Source of the DNA: Anaerolineales bacterium
Lineage (GTDB): Bacteria > Chloroflexota > Anaerolineae > Anaerolineales > Villigracilaceae
Length of the DNA stretch: 64,000 nucleotides
Direction of reading: 5' to 3'
Assembly (NCBI GenBank): GCA_035283125.1
Contig: DATEUN010000020.1
Span: forward strand, 6,092-70,091
Made by a program: the position numbers and the translations under genes. Numbering within the stretch: the stretch's first letter is position 1; each line of letters opens with the position of its first letter. The notes under the pieces are model-generated. The model was given only the letters and a program-made list of their open reading frames with translations, ran no database searches and was not told the origin of the DNA. Of the stretch, positions 36,171 through 45,844 are shown piece after piece.

Positions 36171-37883
36171 TTAACCACTCCAGATCTTGAAATCTTCGAG
36201 ATTCGATCCCCCAATGAATTCCCTTAAAAGCGAATTATCAGGAATCAGGTCTGTTTCCACCGGCTCAAACCATTCAAGGAACGCAAGAAGCCTTTTTGCT
36301 TCGATATACTCCTGTTTTCCGTATGGCACCTGCCTGAGAAGAGGTTCTGCCAGACGGACCATTGCTGACAGTTCGTATACAAGTGCAGAGTTGAACATCA
36401 CATCTGCATTTTCCTGGAAAGGAAAAATATGTTTGGCTTCTCCCCTCCCAACCGACTCCCAGCGATTGATGGTCTCCGCTGCAGAATACCCTCGCTGGTT
36501 TGCATCGCGAACTATCCTGCGGATCAAGCGAGTATCAGTTGTGGAAACCCGGTTATGCCTATCAAGGTTGATCTGTGTGAGGCAGGACACATAGATGCGA
36601 AAAGCCAGCTTTCTTAATGGTTCAGGGATCAACCCTGGGTTCAACCCATGGATACCCTCAAGGATGATGATCTGGTCCTTGTTCAATTGAATCAGATCAC
36701 CTTCCATCTGGCGTCCATTAATAAAATCATAGCGGGGCAGTTGAACTGGATCTCCTGATATCAGCTTGGTTAATTTTTCAGCCAACTGTTCCAAATTCAA
36801 TGTTTCTAGTGCTTCAAAATCGATCTCGCCATTTTCCCCTATTGGTGACTTATCTCTATCTACAAAGAAATTGTCAAGTTCTAGTGCAAACGGGGATATT
36901 CCCAACGCAAGCAACTGAACTGCCAATCTTCTTGAAAAAGTCGTTTTCCCTGATGAAGATGGCCCTGAAACAAGGATCAACCTAACTGGTTCTTCCCGCA
37001 TGAAAATCTGCCTGGCGATGGAAGCGATATTCTGTTCATGTAATGCTTCTGAAACAAGGATAACTTCCCTTGTTCTTCCAGCGCAGGTGGCATCATTGAG
37101 TGCGCCGACATTATCGATTCCAAGCCTTTCCAACCATTCCCCATATTGCCTGAACATAGATAGTAGTTTTGGATAACCAGGAAGCGGAAGAAGCTGAGTA
37201 GGATGACTACGCTGAGGAAAGCGCAATGTGAATCCACCATCTGCTTTACTCAGATCAAAACAGGAAAGGTAACCTGTACTTGGTACCATGTAACCATGAT
37301 GGTAGTCCATATACCCGGAAAGTTGGTAAAGGGTCACATAATCTTTATGCCGGTGTGCCAAAAGTCTTACTTTGTCAGGATAATCCATTTTTTCAAAATA
37401 TGCCCTGGCTTCATCAAGAGGAAGGATCTTGCGAATAAATGGAAGATCCTCCAGTACATACTGCAGCATCAGATTATTAAGTTCCTGAAGTTCAGCTTCA
37501 TCCAATGGAATTCTTCCAATTACATGGCAGTAATATCCACCGGATGCGACCGAATGATCGATAAGCAATCTGCCGGTAGGGAATAAATGGGAGAATGCAA
37601 CTTCCAATAAGAATGTCAATGATCTACGATATATACGGGCGCCATCCTGGTCTGCCCTTGTTACAGGAGAGATTTCAGATTCCCTTTCGATCCGGTGAGT
37701 TAATTCATGCAATTCGGAATTAACGATCGCAGCGACATAGGGGACATCTCCTTCTTTTTGAGCTGACTCCAGAAATTCTCCGACTGTTGTTCCCCTGGGA
37801 CCTTTCAGAACCCTTCCATCTGGAAAGTGAACTTCCACGAACTCGCTTGGTTCAACCTGTTCAATCAATACTTGATTTGTCAT
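36171..37883 (-). CDS. TGS-domain / uridine-kinase-family nucleoside kinase fusion protein
   Basis: N-terminal TGS-like VHFPDGRVLKGPRGTTVGEFL...AAIVNSELHEL and central P-loop VSGPSSSGKTTFSRRL with a Udk/PRK-like core (ILEGIHGLNP). Confidence 0.7.
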   Translation of the reverse strand: MTNQVLIEQVEPSEFVEVHFPDGRVLKGPRGTTVGEFLESAQKEGDVPYVAAIVNSELHELTHRIERESEISPVTRADQDGARIYRRSLTFLLEVAFSHLFPTGRLLIDHSVASGGYYCHVIGRIPLDEAELQELNNLMLQYVLEDLPFIRKILPLDEARAYFEKMDYPDKVRLLAHRHKDYVTLYQLSGYMDYHHGYMVPSTGYLSCFDLSKADGGFTLRFPQRSHPTQLLPLPGYPKLLSMFRQYGEWLERLGIDNVGALNDATCAGRTREVILVSEALHEQNIASIARQIFMREEPVRLILVSGPSSSGKTTFSRRLAVQLLALGISPFALELDNFFVDRDKSPIGENGEIDFEALETLNLEQLAEKLTKLISGDPVQLPRYDFINGRQMEGDLIQLNKDQIIILEGIHGLNPGLIPEPLRKLAFRIYVSCLTQINLDRHNRVSTTDTRLIRRIVRDANQRGYSAAETINRWESVGRGEAKHIFPFQENADVMFNSALVYELSAMVRLAEPLLRQVPYGKQEYIEAKRLLAFLEWFEPVETDLIPDNSLLREFIGGSNLEDFKIWSG

Positions 37884-38953
37884 AACTTTGCCAATAGTTT
37901 CCCTGGTTGGCGGGAATAATCACTAACCGCCTGCTTTCCATCAACAAGATCCTGCAAGGTCGTATTCAACAAGTGGTTTATTGGTGTTGGTATTCCCGCT
38001 CTCTGTCCAGCTCTAACCACTGCTCCATTCAAATAATCGACTTCAATTTTTTTTCTTCCAGCATGAAGATCAATATGAAACGATGGCATTTTAGCTCCCC
38101 TGCCCGACCCTACCATCTTCACAAGAATTGGTCGGACGATAAATCCTGGTAAATAGCGGACAGCAAATGTAAGCAACGGTACGGGTACTTTTGGTAGTTT
38201 GACAGGATGGATTCCCTGGGCATCCATAACACGAAGAGCTTCACGCAGCATACCCATTTCCATTGCAAATAGACTGCGGTTTCTAAAAATCTCAGCGGGA
38301 GTCATATCCAGGATGGCAGAAGTTGCACTTCCCATCAAGTTGGTCAACATTTTTGACCATTTCATATCCAATCCATTTTCAAACAAAACTGCATTCAAGT
38401 TGGCTTCGTTCATAGCCTTGAAAAGTTTTTCGGTCAGTGGAATCAATTCTGGATCACAATCGGTGGCAATTCCCACTCCGCGCAATTTTTCAAGAACAAT
38501 ATTTCCAACTCCTGATCTGCCAACCGATGCTGTAATGGTTCCCGTCAAGACTTTTCCGCTTCCTAATGTTGCTCGCAGCTTGCCTTCATTTTCGACACCA
38601 TTCTGAAGGCATAAGACCGGGGGCATCTTCTCAACATAGGGTTTCATTCCATCCAGCACTGTGTCTGTATCGAATGATTTCAAAGCGAAGATGGCTGCAT
38701 CAAAAGGTCCATGCTCGAGTGCCTCTTTCAAGGAAGATGAACAATAGAAACTCGAGGATGGCAATCCAATTGGTTGATCCAAACCCCAGCGGTCATCAAG
38801 ACTTAAATCCAGTTTCATACCCCGGCTGTTTAATTCTGCAGCAGCAGCTGGCTGCTCCAGGAACACAACCCTGTGTCCAGCCAATGCCAACGAACCACCC
38901 ATGTATGTCCCTATTGCCCCGGCTCCGAAAGTCAGGATCGATAGTTTATCCAA
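37880..38953 (-). CDS. 2-dehydropantoate 2-reductase (ApbA/PanE family)
   Basis: ILTFGAGAIGTYMGGSL Rossmann motif and a C-terminal KMPSFHIDLHAGRKKIEVDYLNGAV typical of the ketopantoate reductase family. Confidence 0.8.
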   Translation of the reverse strand: MDKLSILTFGAGAIGTYMGGSLALAGHRVVFLEQPAAAAELNSRGMKLDLSLDDRWGLDQPIGLPSSSFYCSSSLKEALEHGPFDAAIFALKSFDTDTVLDGMKPYVEKMPPVLCLQNGVENEGKLRATLGSGKVLTGTITASVGRSGVGNIVLEKLRGVGIATDCDPELIPLTEKLFKAMNEANLNAVLFENGLDMKWSKMLTNLMGSATSAILDMTPAEIFRNRSLFAMEMGMLREALRVMDAQGIHPVKLPKVPVPLLTFAVRYLPGFIVRPILVKMVGSGRGAKMPSFHIDLHAGRKKIEVDYLNGAVVRAGQRAGIPTPINHLLNTTLQDLVDGKQAVSDYSRQPGKLLAKL

Positions 38954-39044
38954 TTTCTACCTCCAAGTACAGAAGCATTGATTTAGAAGAAAACCATTAT
39001 AAATGCTTGCTTGCAGATTGGTCAGCGAATTCCTGAGGTTATTG

Positions 39045-39695
39045 TCATTGAGCGTCTTTCCAATGAGCATGGTCATTTATGGTTTCAACCTGCCATCGAT
39101 GCCAGGCAGGAAAATAAATTAAGTCGGCAAACCCGGTATTCACGAACCGGAACCTGGTCCCAGAATAGTTGGGTTGAGGTGTAATTCCCATTATTGAATA
39201 CAATACCTGGTTGAGTAGCCCACCATGTGAAACCACCAGGTATTTCCCTGGTTCCCGTCTTAACAATTCATGCAAACATCGTCCTGCACGAAGATATAGC
39301 TCCCAATCTCCTTCCCCTGTTGAACCGAATGATCGGTAGATATTTGAAAACTCGGGCTGGGGAAATTTTCGATTGCCTTCCTCGTGGGTTAACCCTGCCA
39401 GATCTCCATTATCGCGCTCCATCCACAAATCATTTGATTCCAATGGAATATTAAATGACGAAGCGATCATTTCGGCAGTCTGGTAAGCCCGAGACAAAGG
39501 ACTGGTGATGATCAAATCGAAGATCACTTTTTCATCCTGCCAGCGTTTGATCAGTGCTGTAACCTGTGCTTGGCCTTTCCTGGTCAATGGAAAATCAGAT
39601 TGACCCTGGAAATATCCATTTGCATTTCCTACTGATTCACCATGACGGAGGAAGGTAATTAAATAAGGTTTTTGATCTTCTTTCATAAGCTGCAT
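39045..39695 (-). CDS. Histidine phosphatase (phosphoglycerate mutase) family protein
   Basis: FLRHGESVGN catalytic RHG motif and VVSHGG. Confidence 0.85.
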   Translation of the reverse strand: MQLMKEDQKPYLITFLRHGESVGNANGYFQGQSDFPLTRKGQAQVTALIKRWQDEKVIFDLIITSPLSRAYQTAEMIASSFNIPLESNDLWMERDNGDLAGLTHEEGNRKFPQPEFSNIYRSFGSTGEGDWELYLRAGRCLHELLRREPGKYLVVSHGGLLNQVLYSIMGITPQPNYSGTRFRFVNTGFADLIYFPAWHRWQVETINDHAHWKDAQ

Positions 39696-39896
39696 TATTT
39701 TACCAGAGTGAATCGAATTATGATCTTAAAACCTTGCATATGGACATATATAAATTCCATCTCGCTAATAATTATTATTAAGACAAATATAATACTTATT
39801 TAATGGTATCTACATAATTTCAAACTATATTATCTCTTGAAGGTGAAGGTTTATGCTTATTGCCGACAAAACCATCGAACAAATTGGAGAGAAAAA

Positions 39897-40295
39897 ATGA
39901 AAATAGCTGTTATAACAAACGGGAGTGATACCATCAGTCAACACTTTGGAAGGGCAACACATTATCTGGTTGCAACCATTGAAAATGACCAAATCATAAA
40001 CAGAGAGCTTCGAGAGAAGATCAACCATTATCAATTACAGGATGTTCCCCATGACCATGATCAACCCGGTCAGAAACATGGCATGGGTAAGCAATCCCAT
40101 GAAAAACATTTACAGATGACCGAACCAATACAGGATTGTGAAGTCCTGATCTGCAGAGGTATGGGATTGGGTGCCTTTGAAAGTGTGAAAACCAGAGGGA
40201 TCCGTCCGATACTGACAGATATAAAGATGGTTGATGATGCCCTCCAGGCTTTCATAAAAGGAGAATTGGTTAACCGGGTTGATCTACTTCATTGA
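39897..40295 (+). CDS. NifB/NifX-type (dinitrogenase FeMo-cofactor biosynthesis domain) protein
   Basis: MKIAVITNGSDTISQHFGRATHYLV...VLICRGMGLGAFESVKTRGIRP. ATG 39897 is preceded by GGAGAG. Confidence 0.7.
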   Translation: MKIAVITNGSDTISQHFGRATHYLVATIENDQIINRELREKINHYQLQDVPHDHDQPGQKHGMGKQSHEKHLQMTEPIQDCEVLICRGMGLGAFESVKTRGIRPILTDIKMVDDALQAFIKGELVNRVDLLH

Positions 40296-40390
40296 TCAGA
40301 AAGAACAATCTAATGTCAGGCAGGGAAAGAACCTTTCGTTTAAAAAACGAAAATATTTTCGAACTGCCATTAGACCTTCATTAAAGTAAA

Positions 40391-41314
40391 TCAATCATTA
40401 AGCCAATTCCGGGCTCCTGAAAGGAAAGCCTTTCCTTCCATAATTTTTTTCCCTGCAGGTTGTACGGCATCCAAGACCAGGCAACCATTTATTGTAGTAA
40501 TGGCAGGATTTCCATTGATCTCCCTCCTAAGTCCCACAGGTTCCCCACTATGTTCTTCATGGGCAGCATGAACTTTTAAGAAATTCTCATTGAAAAGAAG
40601 GAATGTTCCCGGCCACGGATTATAAGCACGAACTTTCCTGGCAAGAATTTCTGCTGGCTGACCCGGATCCAATAAACCTTCTTCTTTCTTTAACATGGGG
40701 GCATATGTCGCCTGTTTATCATCCTGCGGTTCAGGCACAATTTCTCCAGCCAGGTATCCTGGTAGAGTTTGCATTATTAATTTCCCACCCAAATCTGCCA
40801 ACTTCATAGAAAGACTACCACCGGTTTCTTCAGGATCAATCCTTATAGCAGCCTGAGCAAGGATCGGACCTGTGTCCACACCTGCATCCATTTTCATGAT
40901 CGTTATTCCTGAATTTTCATCACCAGCAAGGATACATGCCTGGATTGGAGCAGCACCACGCCACCTGGGAAGAAGGGAAGCATGGATGTTTACACAACCG
41001 AATGGGGCTAATTCGAGGATACTCTTCCGCAAGATCTGACCATAAGCAGCCACCACGATCAGATCCGGGTCAACATCCGTAATTTGCTCAAGGAACATTG
41101 GATCATTCACCTTCACAGGTTGAAAAACCGGGATATTTAGTTCCAGTGCTTTCACCTTGACTGGAGGTGATTGAAGGATCCTTCCCCGCCCAGATGGCCT
41201 ATCCGGTTGGGTAACAACAGCCACGACCCGGGATCGCAATGAAAGCTGCCCTAATGCTGGAGCTGCGAAATCGGGAGATCCCATGAAAAGTATGCGCGCC
41301 TGGGTGATCTTCAT
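40391..41314 (-). CDS. fmt: Methionyl-tRNA formyltransferase
   Basis: ILFMGSPDFAAP, HASLLPRWRGAAPIQ and GITIMKMDAGVDTGPIL. Confidence 0.95.
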   Translation of the reverse strand: MKITQARILFMGSPDFAAPALGQLSLRSRVVAVVTQPDRPSGRGRILQSPPVKVKALELNIPVFQPVKVNDPMFLEQITDVDPDLIVVAAYGQILRKSILELAPFGCVNIHASLLPRWRGAAPIQACILAGDENSGITIMKMDAGVDTGPILAQAAIRIDPEETGGSLSMKLADLGGKLIMQTLPGYLAGEIVPEPQDDKQATYAPMLKKEEGLLDPGQPAEILARKVRAYNPWPGTFLLFNENFLKVHAAHEEHSGEPVGLRREINGNPAITTINGCLVLDAVQPAGKKIMEGKAFLSGARNWLND

Positions 41315-41399
41315 CTAGTTAATTCTAGCATAACCGGAAGATGGCAATCAGAAAAAGACTATAATTATCCCGGTACTTGGAGAAACGGAGGAGGTTTTC

Positions 41400-42773
41400 T
41401 TGTTCATCATCATCAGTGATCTTCACCTGGTGGACGGAAGTTCTGGCAAATCGATCACTTCAGGAGCATTTAAGTTATTTGCAGACAGGGTCACAGAACT
41501 GGCAACCAGTGCATCATGGCGAAGTAATGGGCGTTACATACCCATTGAAAGCATCGATATCCTTTTATTGGGCGATATTCTTGATCCGCTCCATTCAACC
41601 TTATGGTTCAAGACTTCCACAACACATCCCGAACAAGTTCGACCGTGGTCAGATTCCAGTACACCAGCGTATTCAGCCAAGCTTGCTGAAATAACGAAAA
41701 GCATTCTCAAGCATAATGAAGCTTCATTAAAAATCCTTCGTTATTTATCAGAAGGCAGGATCGTCCGACTGCCTCCCGCAGATCAACGAGGCCGCATGGT
41801 AAAAGACAGCGAGGAACGGATTCCTGTTCCTGTGCGGATCCATTACATGGTAGGAAATCATGATTGGTATTATCACCTACCAGGTCAACAATACAATAAT
41901 ATCAGGGCTGAAATTGTTTCAACCTTTGGGTTATCCAATCCGATCACTCCTTTCCCCCATGAAGTTGAAGAATCAAAGGATCTACAAAAATTGTTTTCCC
42001 GTTACAAGTTATATGCCCAACATGGCGATATGTATGATCCGCTTAATTTTGACCCCGACCTGGGACGTGATCACGCCACCATTGGGGATGCTTTTACGAT
42101 GGAATTGGTGAACAGATTTCCTGTTGAGCTCGACCAGCAGTTGGGCGATAAAATCAATCCCAATTTTCTGGAAAGTTTGCACGATCTTTACAACGTGCGA
42201 CCAACCCTGGTTGCCCCACTCTGGATCAGCAGCCAGCTCAGGCAAAATAATGTTCCCGAAAAGGAACAAAAAAAGATCAAAGAGATCTGGGATGATATCG
42301 GAAGAGACTTCCTGAAACTGGATATCGTATGTGCGGCTGATGAACGTTTTAAATTCGATGCTGCAGATGCCATGCAATTGCTTATTAACCTTACCAGCAG
42401 GACATCTTTCAAGACAATAGATGATATCGTTTTTTGGGCCAGGGAAAAATTGTGGACAGGAAATGTCACCTTCTCAGAATATGCATTGAAAGAATCTGCC
42501 TTCCTTGACAGAACAGCCCAATTCATCGTCTACGGACACACTCACCGACATGAGATTGTACCGTTGGATTCGCACCCTGCATTCAGGAAGGAAGCAACCA
42601 ACCAGGTTTACATCAACAGCGGCACCTGGCATAATTACTATGACCTGGCTGTTTTCAAACCAAGGGAACAAAAATTCATTCCCTACCAGGTTTTAACCTA
42701 CCTGGCTTTTTTCAAGGACGGACAACGTGGGGGACGTCGTTTTGAAACATGGTCAGGTTCTTTCTCGGAGTGA
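41400..42773 (+). CDS. Long (457 aa) calcineurin-like metallophosphoesterase
   Basis: DLHL, GDILD, GNHDWY, HGDMYD and YGHTHRHE motifs in canonical order. TTG start preceded by GGAGGAGG. Confidence 0.75.
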   Translation: MFIIISDLHLVDGSSGKSITSGAFKLFADRVTELATSASWRSNGRYIPIESIDILLLGDILDPLHSTLWFKTSTTHPEQVRPWSDSSTPAYSAKLAEITKSILKHNEASLKILRYLSEGRIVRLPPADQRGRMVKDSEERIPVPVRIHYMVGNHDWYYHLPGQQYNNIRAEIVSTFGLSNPITPFPHEVEESKDLQKLFSRYKLYAQHGDMYDPLNFDPDLGRDHATIGDAFTMELVNRFPVELDQQLGDKINPNFLESLHDLYNVRPTLVAPLWISSQLRQNNVPEKEQKKIKEIWDDIGRDFLKLDIVCAADERFKFDAADAMQLLINLTSRTSFKTIDDIVFWAREKLWTGNVTFSEYALKESAFLDRTAQFIVYGHTHRHEIVPLDSHPAFRKEATNQVYINSGTWHNYYDLAVFKPREQKFIPYQVLTYLAFFKDGQRGGRRFETWSGSFSE

Positions 42774-42776
42774 TGC

Positions 42777-43067
42777 ATGGCTGAATTCATTTATTTGATC
42801 CACCCTATGCGAGATGAGTTCTTTGACAATCCAAGCGAAAATGAAGTGGTTGCCATGCAGGAACATTATAATTATTTAAAAGCAGGTGTAAAATCCGGGC
42901 AGGTGGTGATTGCCGGACCTTGCATGGATAATTCCTTTGGGCTGGTGATCTTCAAAGCTGAAAATGAAAATGCTGCCAATGCATTCATGATGGCTGATCC
43001 TTCCATAAAGAAAAATATAATGATCGCTGAGCTACATCCATTTAAGGTCTCCCTTATTCAGCAGTAA
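42777..43067 (+). CDS. YciI family protein
   Basis: The ~95-aa size, FIYLIHP...EHYNYL...VVIAGP...FKAENENAANAFMMADP and ELHPFK match the YciI-like pattern. Confidence 0.75.
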   Translation: MAEFIYLIHPMRDEFFDNPSENEVVAMQEHYNYLKAGVKSGQVVIAGPCMDNSFGLVIFKAENENAANAFMMADPSIKKNIMIAELHPFKVSLIQQ

Positions 43068-43387
43068 TGAACAGAAAATATGGATTTCGTTTATATAAAC
43101 CTTTGCTCTGGAGTGCAGAGGCAAATAATTTTATGCTATTTTGACAGTATCGGATCTTTTCATTGAATAATTAAATCTGTTTTTCCTTACAAGAAAATCA
43201 ATATCTCCAATTATCATTATTTTATAAGTTGTTTATATAATATTCTTTGATAATATATAATATGTCCTTTGATAATTAGGACTTAACGAATCCTAATTTT
43301 GAGAAATGGATGAATTACATGAACCTTGAAATCTATTTGTCAATACACAACCAAGTTCACTTCTGAGAATTGCTTTTTGGAGACATT

Positions 43388-45742
43388 ATGAAATCTATTC
43401 AAGCCTTCCTATTAATTTTTCTTTTTCTGGTTCTTACCGCTTGTGGTCCTGTTCCTTCGATCACCAATGTTATTACCAGCACACAAACTTCGACTGTGGA
43501 GCTTCCCACACCACTTCCGCCAGAACCGGCTTTTGATTTTCCAGCAACTGATGGCGAAATTGCATTCTCTTCTGAACGAGATGGTCTCTGGCAGGTCATG
43601 CTGATGAATGCAGATGGGTCCAGGCAGACAAGTCTGACAGAAAAATTCGGAGAGTACAGCTACCCAGCATGGTCTCCAGATGGTATGCATCTTGCTATGC
43701 GAATAGACTTTGGCACAGGCAGTGGAATCGCAATCATGGATATGACAGAGATTGGTGGGATCCTTGAGGGAAACCAACCAGCGGCTGTTACGGATGTATT
43801 CAGTGATGCACCTGATTGGTCACCGGACGGCAGTCAATTGGTTTTCATATCATCCGGTGATTTTGGGTGGGATCTTAATCGTTATTCTGTTTCCACCTCA
43901 GCATTTTTCCAGGTGCCAGGATTATCTCCCTGGACACGAGATCCCAAATGGTCACCTGATGGGCAGCAGATCGTTTTCAGTGCCGATCCGGAAAACAGCG
44001 GCAACTCCGATATCTATCTCATCAACGTGGATGGATCTGGACTGACACAATTAACATCAAACCCATTTTATGAAGGTAGTCCTGCCTGGTCGCCTGATGG
44101 TCAGCGGATCGTCTTTACAGCCAATGCCAATGACAATAAAGATCTCTATATCATGACCAAGGATGGAAATAACCTTACCCGGTTGACAAGCGACCCTGCT
44201 GATGAATTCGATCCAGCCTGGTCTCCAGATGGTTCCCGGATTGCCTTTGTATCAACCCGCAACGATAATAACGACGGAAACTACGAAATATACATGATCA
44301 ATTCCGATGGCAGTGGAGAAATGCGTCTAACCAATAATACTTATACTGATCGTTGGCCGGATTGGCGACCAGGGTCGTCTGCAATAGGACAAGGGGTATG
44401 TCGGTCAGAAGCAACCTTTTCTGCTGATGTCACCATTCCAGCAGGAACACGCTTCCCTTCACCAACCAGTTCCACAAAGATCTGGCGTTTAGAAAACAGC
44501 GGAGAATGTACATTCACTCCCGATGCATACCGCCTGCGATTCACTGCAGGAGAGCTGATGGGAGCACCTGTATCCATTCCCATGCCGGGAGCCATTCAAC
44601 CCGGAGCGAGCTTTGAAATCAGCGCACCGTTTGCTGCACCAATTTCCGCAGGAATTCACACCGGCATATGGCAGCTCCTGGATTCTTCGGGCATCCCAGT
44701 GCCTGGATCGGATGGGAACCCGATCGAGGTATCAATAAATCTTGAAGTTGTTGAGAATAACCAGAGTATCCTTCCTGCACCACTTTATTTCCTTCGTGGA
44801 GAAGGAAGCACAAGCCAGATCTGGAGAATGGACAACAATGGATTGACACTCACACAACTGACCCAGGAATCAGGGGGTGTATCAACTTTTGATATTAACC
44901 CGATTGACAATACCCTGGCATATATCGTTGATCGACAACTCATCCGGTTTGATCCCTCTACGGGAAATCGTGAGATACTGGCTCAGGGAGCGGAGAACAG
45001 CCCCCCAAGGAAACCTCTTTTTTCACCGGATGGCAAATTCCTAGCATATTCCATGGGTGGGATCCACCTCATTGATCTCACCATTATGAATGACCAACTC
45101 GTACTCCCTGACAACCACAACACTTCCCCTTCAGAATTTCGAACCTACAGCCCAAGGTCCTGGTCACCGGATGGTCAAAAGTTATCCCTCTACATAGGGT
45201 ATTATGAATGGGGTGGAAGCGGTATCCTCTCCGTTGCAGATGGAATTCTGCTTTCTGAATTTGATCATGCTGACACCCAGACCTGGAGCAGCAACAGCAT
45301 GGTTTTATTCTCCGCCCATGCCACTGAACCGGGCATGATGAGTACCAACCCGGGGTTGTACAGCATAAACGCAATCGTGGGAGCTGCCGAGCAAACCCTG
45401 ATCAGTGAACAATATACCTGGTGGCCATATGAAAACAGTAACGGCAACCTGATCTTCTTCCAGGGAGACCCGGATCCATCTGCACCTGGAAAGTACAACC
45501 TCTCACTCTTATCCGGAACTGGATTAGGAGTTCCCTGGCAAATAGTATGGCCAAACATGCTGCAACTTACAGCGAATGGTTTTCCAGAAGCTGCATGGTC
45601 AGCAGATGGCAGCTCCCTCGTGGTCAGGTTGATCCATTTGCCAACCAGAACCAGCGAAGTCTTATTTCTTAGTCTGGATGGATCGCCTCCAGCATACCTC
45701 ATACAGGATGCATGGAACATCCATTTTGGGATGAACCCTTAA
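43388..45742 (+). CDS. Lipoprotein with TolB-like PD40 beta-propeller repeats and a central NBR1-like Ig domain
   Basis: Lipobox VLTACG. Repeated PD40 units (PAWSPDG, PDWSPDG, PKWSPDG, PAWSPDGQRIVF, PAWSPDGSRIAF). Central region is FSADVTIPAGTRF...KIWRLENSGECTF. Confidence 0.8.
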   Translation: MKSIQAFLLIFLFLVLTACGPVPSITNVITSTQTSTVELPTPLPPEPAFDFPATDGEIAFSSERDGLWQVMLMNADGSRQTSLTEKFGEYSYPAWSPDGMHLAMRIDFGTGSGIAIMDMTEIGGILEGNQPAAVTDVFSDAPDWSPDGSQLVFISSGDFGWDLNRYSVSTSAFFQVPGLSPWTRDPKWSPDGQQIVFSADPENSGNSDIYLINVDGSGLTQLTSNPFYEGSPAWSPDGQRIVFTANANDNKDLYIMTKDGNNLTRLTSDPADEFDPAWSPDGSRIAFVSTRNDNNDGNYEIYMINSDGSGEMRLTNNTYTDRWPDWRPGSSAIGQGVCRSEATFSADVTIPAGTRFPSPTSSTKIWRLENSGECTFTPDAYRLRFTAGELMGAPVSIPMPGAIQPGASFEISAPFAAPISAGIHTGIWQLLDSSGIPVPGSDGNPIEVSINLEVVENNQSILPAPLYFLRGEGSTSQIWRMDNNGLTLTQLTQESGGVSTFDINPIDNTLAYIVDRQLIRFDPSTGNREILAQGAENSPPRKPLFSPDGKFLAYSMGGIHLIDLTIMNDQLVLPDNHNTSPSEFRTYSPRSWSPDGQKLSLYIGYYEWGGSGILSVADGILLSEFDHADTQTWSSNSMVLFSAHATEPGMMSTNPGLYSINAIVGAAEQTLISEQYTWWPYENSNGNLIFFQGDPDPSAPGKYNLSLLSGTGLGVPWQIVWPNMLQLTANGFPEAAWSADGSSLVVRLIHLPTRTSEVLFLSLDGSPPAYLIQDAWNIHFGMNP

Positions 45743-45844
45743 TCCTGGATCCAGAATTAAGTACATAATGAAGAGATAAAAATCTTTTACAATATAAAGA
45801 CAGGGAACAGGGAGTCATTCAAGAATCAGAAACAAGGAGCTGTG

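Noticed and set aside
39696-39896. AT-rich intergenic stretches (also 13128-13441 and 43068-43387) as possible island or mobile-element boundaries
   Set aside because: There are no integrase, transposase or tRNA genes and no flanking direct repeats. The flanking genes are ordinary housekeeping genes, so these look like promoter regions.
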